A DNA stretch of 64,000 nt, taken from Eledone cirrhosa. Lineage: Eukaryota. A program made the position numbers and the translations under genes. Location of the stretch: NCBI GenBank assembly GCA_964016885.1, contig OZ024742.1, forward strand, positions 39,370,001 to 39,434,000, written 5' to 3'. Positions 59,362 to 64,000 of this stretch are shown in pieces (the first letter of the stretch is position 1; every line of letters begins with the position of its first letter). A model generated the notes under the pieces. That model was not told the DNA's origin. It was given only the letters and a program-made list of their open reading frames with translations, and searched no databases.

Positions 59362-59803
59362 CACACAGACACCCATTTCTACACGCACACATACACATGC
59401 ACGCGCGCGCCTATGTTTGTGTATATGTATGTATCTACGTGTGTGTATGTATGAGTAAGTGTCTACGTATATGGAGTAAGTCAGTAATTGTACCACATAA
59501 CTGTTATGTTAGAAGCATCAAGGCAGTATAGTGTTGTTACATATACCCACATTTCAGGTACATGTGTTTTATCAGATGAAGGAATCTCTGCTAAATATGT
59601 TGAAACTGTCGTAGAAAAAGCTCGCTTTGCTCTTATCTATAGATTGGTGTTTACATTAAACTTGAGGTTTTTTAGTGGAGGGTGGGACGGAGGTGGGGGG
59701 GGGGGGTAGTGAGAAGAGTGGCGGTGGAGGAATTGGTAGAAGTCGGCTATGAGAGTGATATATATGTATTATGTATGTATGCATGCATGTACGTATGTAT
59801 AAG

Positions 59804-59844
<41 letters not shown>

Positions 59845-59865
59845 ATATATATACATGTATGCACA

Positions 59866-59928
<63 letters not shown>

Positions 59929-60029
59929 ATGTGTGTGTGTATGTATGTATGAATATATTTATGTATATGTGTGTATCTATATATGTACATATGTACACAT
60001 TTATGCTTACATATACCTATATACGTGTG

Positions 60030-60078
<49 letters not shown>

Positions 60079-60396
60079 TATTGTGCTGGCTGATGCTGGT
60101 TTTGATTTAGAGTTAGTTTTGATTTAGGATTGGAGGGAGGGAGAACAATTTTTAGAATGTTCTAGCTTGATGTTTATCCTAATCTTGTTTAGTTTCCGAA
60201 CAAACCAACATATTTTGCCCAGTGTGAAATCAACACAAAATGTCGAAAAGGTCGATTTGCCCATGTTACATACACACATACACTGTCATATAGACACATA
60301 TACATACACGCACACCTGCACACATACACATTCATGCAAGCATATACGTATGCAAACACAAACAAACGTCTACACACATACAAATACAGATGATTC

Positions 60397-60581
60397 GGTG
60401 GATTGGCAGTATCGCGAGAGGGTCAGACGCCATGCTTTCCAGCATAGTTACGTCCCTTTACGATCTGAGTTCAAATCCCGCCGAGGTTGACTTTGCCTTT
60501 CATCTTTGCGGGGTCGATAAAATAAAGTACCAGTAATGCACTGGGTAATTGCTGGCCTTGTGCCTAAAGTAGAAACAATTA
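60397..60581 (+). mobile_element. SINE S1 copy
   Basis: Matches consensus. Confidence 0.85.
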
Positions 60582-60741
60582 TATATACAAGTATGTATGT
60601 ATGTATGTATGTATGTATGTATGTATGTATGTATGTATGTATGTATGTATGTACGTACGTAAATATATGTGTGTGTACTGAGATGCGTACACACACACAC
60701 ATATATATATATATACCAAGCGATACCGTAATTCTCTCTCT

Positions 60742-60801
<60 letters not shown>

Positions 60802-61019
60802 GTTCATAGATACGCACACATACATAGACATACATCTGTGTGTGCGCGTGCGTGCGCGTGCATGTGTCTGTGTGCACTGGATGTATAGAATACCCTTGCA
60901 CCATTTGAGTATTAACTGATTAAGCACTCCTCAGTGCATGTAAGCAGGGTGTTAATTTTATTTTCTGAAACGTAAGGCCAAGGATTTTTGGAAGTTATCC
61001 ATGTACACTGGATCGAAAG

Positions 61020-61510
61020 TCCTCTGGAAAAGAGTGGTTAGTTGATTTTCGTCAACGCTGAGTCACCCCAAAGACGTCGTCGCTCTTACCCTCCACTAAC
61101 CCTCAATAGAACGCCAAGGTGGAGTTTTCATCGATCGTACTCCCCGATTGGCTGGGGGCTGTGAGTGCTTGAACACATTCCAGTCACCAAGCATTCCCTC
61201 TCGGTCTTCACTTGACACAGGACTGCTGCTCCGTTAAGGAGACGAGCTGGGGAAAAGCGTGTTTCGCGAACGGAGACCACACCTATTCACCATCAAGAAA
61301 AAGTGAGATATGTCGTAGCCTCTGCGCATGTTTGCGCATCATCAGCCACGGCATTCCCAATTCTCCACATAGCGAGTGTTGACAGCAGATGGAGCGCCTG
61401 ATCCATGTGAAAGAGCAGACGTTCCAGAGCAGTCAGACGTAGACTAGGACAAAGCACAACAGTCAGGCGATAGTTGATGACAGATGCGATGCACGCGTTC
61501 ACCATCCCTG
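61020..61510 (-). pseudogene. Decayed Tx1/L1-like ORF2 fragment (post-RT region)
   Basis: VNACIASVINYRLTVVLCP..LTALERLLFH, then SICCQHSLCGELGMPWLMMRKHAQRLRHI (GGLGxP motif). Confidence 0.65.
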
Positions 61511-61574
61511 ATGATAATGATGATAATGATGATAATGATAATTAATAATTAATCATTAATAATGGTTTCTTATA

Positions 61575-61945
61575 ATTGCTGGCACAAGGCCAGCAATTTT
61601 TGGGGAGGGGAAAGTCGATTAAATCGACCCCAGTACGTTACTGGTGCTTTCATCGACCCCGTAAAGATGAAAGGCAAAGTTAACCTCGGCGGGATTTGAA
61701 CTCAGACCGTAAAGGGCCGTAACTCTATGCTTCGAAGCATGGTGTCCGACGCTCTACCGATTAATAATAATTGTTTCTACTTTTGGCACAAGGCCAGAAA
61801 TTATTCCAGTGCATTACTGGTACTTTATTTTATCGACCCCGTAAGGATGAAAGGCAAAGTTAACCTCGGCGGGATTTGAACTCAGAATGGCAAGGGCCGT
61901 AACTCCGTGCGTCAAAGCATGGTGTCCGACCGTCTACCAATACTG
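61575..61945 (-). mobile_element. Two tandem SINE S1 copies
   Basis: 61575-61761 and 61766-61945, next to an (ATG/ATA)n tract. Confidence 0.85.
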
Positions 61946-62424
61946 AGAGAGACATAGACTATAGAAGGTGATTTATGAAAGAATCATATATATATAAAGA
62001 TATTTTTATTGTCATATGACAATAAAAATATCTAAAGACATAATGAAAACAAAACAAGATTAAATAAAAAAAAATAACTGACTATTATTTATTTTGGGTC
62101 AACTTATTGAATTACAAGCTTAAGTAAAATAGATAGCCGCTCTCGGTGAAACGTCTCTCAATTGAAATGTTATCATAAGGAATTTTATATTTCATGTGAA
62201 TACGAATAATTGGATATCTTTCAAAACAAGAATGTGGTGCTTGTCTCGGCTGGTGATCACGCCTTTAAAACATATTGCACAGAATGGAAGGAAGTAAAGC
62301 AGTGTCAAACTATGCCTGACCTAACTGCTAAATAAGATATGTATGTACCATTTCTAAGAAATTAGTTGTATTTCAGTTTTTCTTCTCTTTTAGTTTAGAT
62401 CAGATGTTTAAGTAGCAAATTTAA

Positions 62425-62679
62425 CCCCTTCGTTACCATATTTTCAATGTAAAACACGCTGATTATTATTTTCAAATAATTGTGAAAATAATCAAGAATT
62501 TGGAGGCGTTTAGTAATATAATTAACTTACTCCTTATTAAAATTGGGTTTAGAACTTAACTCAACTGTTCTTACATAAAGTTATGATGAGAGATTTGGGG
62601 ATAAAAATAGACACTTTAGAACGAACAGTTTTGTGTCATGGAACCAAAGGCAGCTTCAGGCGGTTTGGTATCAAAACGG
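62425..62679. mobile_element. piggyBac-like MITE
   Basis: TTAA|CCCCTTCGTTACCA ... TGGTATCAAAACGG|TTAA. Confidence 0.6.
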
Positions 62680-64000
62680 TTAAAAAACGAAATTAAATAG
62701 AGCCTTACAGTGACTACATCCATCTGGTACATACAGTGTATATCATAACAAGGTTTTAGGAGCACCATCTAAAGAAGACGTCGCCAAAATGGGTGATATA
62801 GAGCCACATGGCTCGATGAGACTAGATAGGGAGGTGTGGATGAAACTAATGGATTAAAACCTGGTATTTAAATAAAAAATGAACATACATAAAATAACAC
62901 TGGTCAACTAAATTTTGCTTTTTTTTTCTGCTGACCTAAGTTTGAGACCTGTTGTTGAGTAATTTGAGGCCGCTGAGTTTAAAAATGACAATACTTGTTT
63001 CCTATCACGTCAAGCTTTTTAGGTCGATATTATTGATTGGTTCCTTCCGACAAAATTTCAGACCTTGTGTCGAGGTGAGAAAACATATGTTGAATATTAG
63101 AACAAAATGGACGACGCTATTAATTTGTGTCATTTTATATTTTCAGTTCATAGCCTAAGTCAGTAAAAAATGTGTCGAGACAAGTGTAATATGATAAAAT
63201 GCAACTTGATTATACAGATTTCTGATTTATATATAATTAGTGTTTATTGTCTATTATTTTATTTTCTGTTTACTGATTCATTTCTTTACTTTATGTCGAG
63301 CGACAAGACCAGGTAACGTTTACTTCGATGGCTCGTAGTAGTATCAATCGGCTCTTGGATTAACATGAACAACTCCAGTTCCAACCTTATTGCTTCAGTC
63401 ACAAACACCGGCACTGTCTCCTGTAGTACAGAAGAGCGGAAGAAAATACCACGACTAGACCGATTGTTTCCTTTTCGTGCCTGTCGTCGTCGAGAACTCC
63501 GTTGTCCTCGGTGACCGGACTGCCATTTTCCTCCGCAAAATTTGGAGAAGTGCATCCTACTTAAGGGAGAGATGCCGTGAGGTGGTACGACTGATGCGGC
63601 GGTTGTTGCTGACGTTTCTCCGTGCCAATGCTTTTGCCTGCCATCTTGTTTGCGGGCGCTGTTGAGATATACCACCTATTCAGGTGCGTAGAATCAGCTC
63701 CTCCTTGCTTCCTCCTTTCTTCATTGTATACTTCTGTTCAACAATGAATTCATTCAGTTTGTCCTATACCTTGTCATACTGTGTAAGTGTTACCTTGGTC
63801 TTGGGCTTTGATTCTTCCCATTCTCAATGCTAAGAGTCAGGGACCATGGACAATCTATAAGCCCATAATTTTCATCGGGAAAATAGTGATATCGGTGGGT
63901 CCCGAATCCTCGTCCAACCATTACTCGGAATCTGGCTACCGAGTCGCAGCTCACCCGCCTTCATCACAAAGATGAAGCTGTTGGCTATTTGCAAGGTTGT

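Noticed and set aside
63286-64000. 129-aa minus-strand ORF and GC-richer end of the window
   Set aside because: No recognisable motifs. Possibly a decayed LINE, but not supportable.

Overview
AT-rich, microsatellite-saturated eukaryotic non-coding DNA. The SINE families and repeat landscape suggest a cephalopod (Octopus-like) genome, which is an inference. No intact host gene or intact transposon ORF is visible. Almost all long ORFs in the track are translations of (TA)n, (CA)n, (TATG)n, (CAC)n and (CAACAC)n repeats. The window holds many copies of two tRNA-derived SINE families, decayed LINE fragments (RTE, I-group with RNase H, Tx1/L1, R4/Dong-type and CRE-type), Helitron-like elements and several MITEs. 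The main unexplained signal is a set of short non-coding elements wedged between (TA)n tracts, often carrying an inverted duplication. Folded by hand, they contain type I hammerhead ribozymes: 13 motifs with an intact catalytic core (one pair being mirror copies) from about 10 different sequence contexts, plus several decayed or half motifs. Most have palindromic helix III, two related copies show compensatory changes, and several have non-canonical variants (U3:A8, U.U or A.A at 10.1:11.1, 35-85 nt helix II insertions). The architecture resembles Penelope-like pseudo-LTRs or retrozymes, but no Penelope ORF is present to confirm this. All folds were read by eye and are untested.
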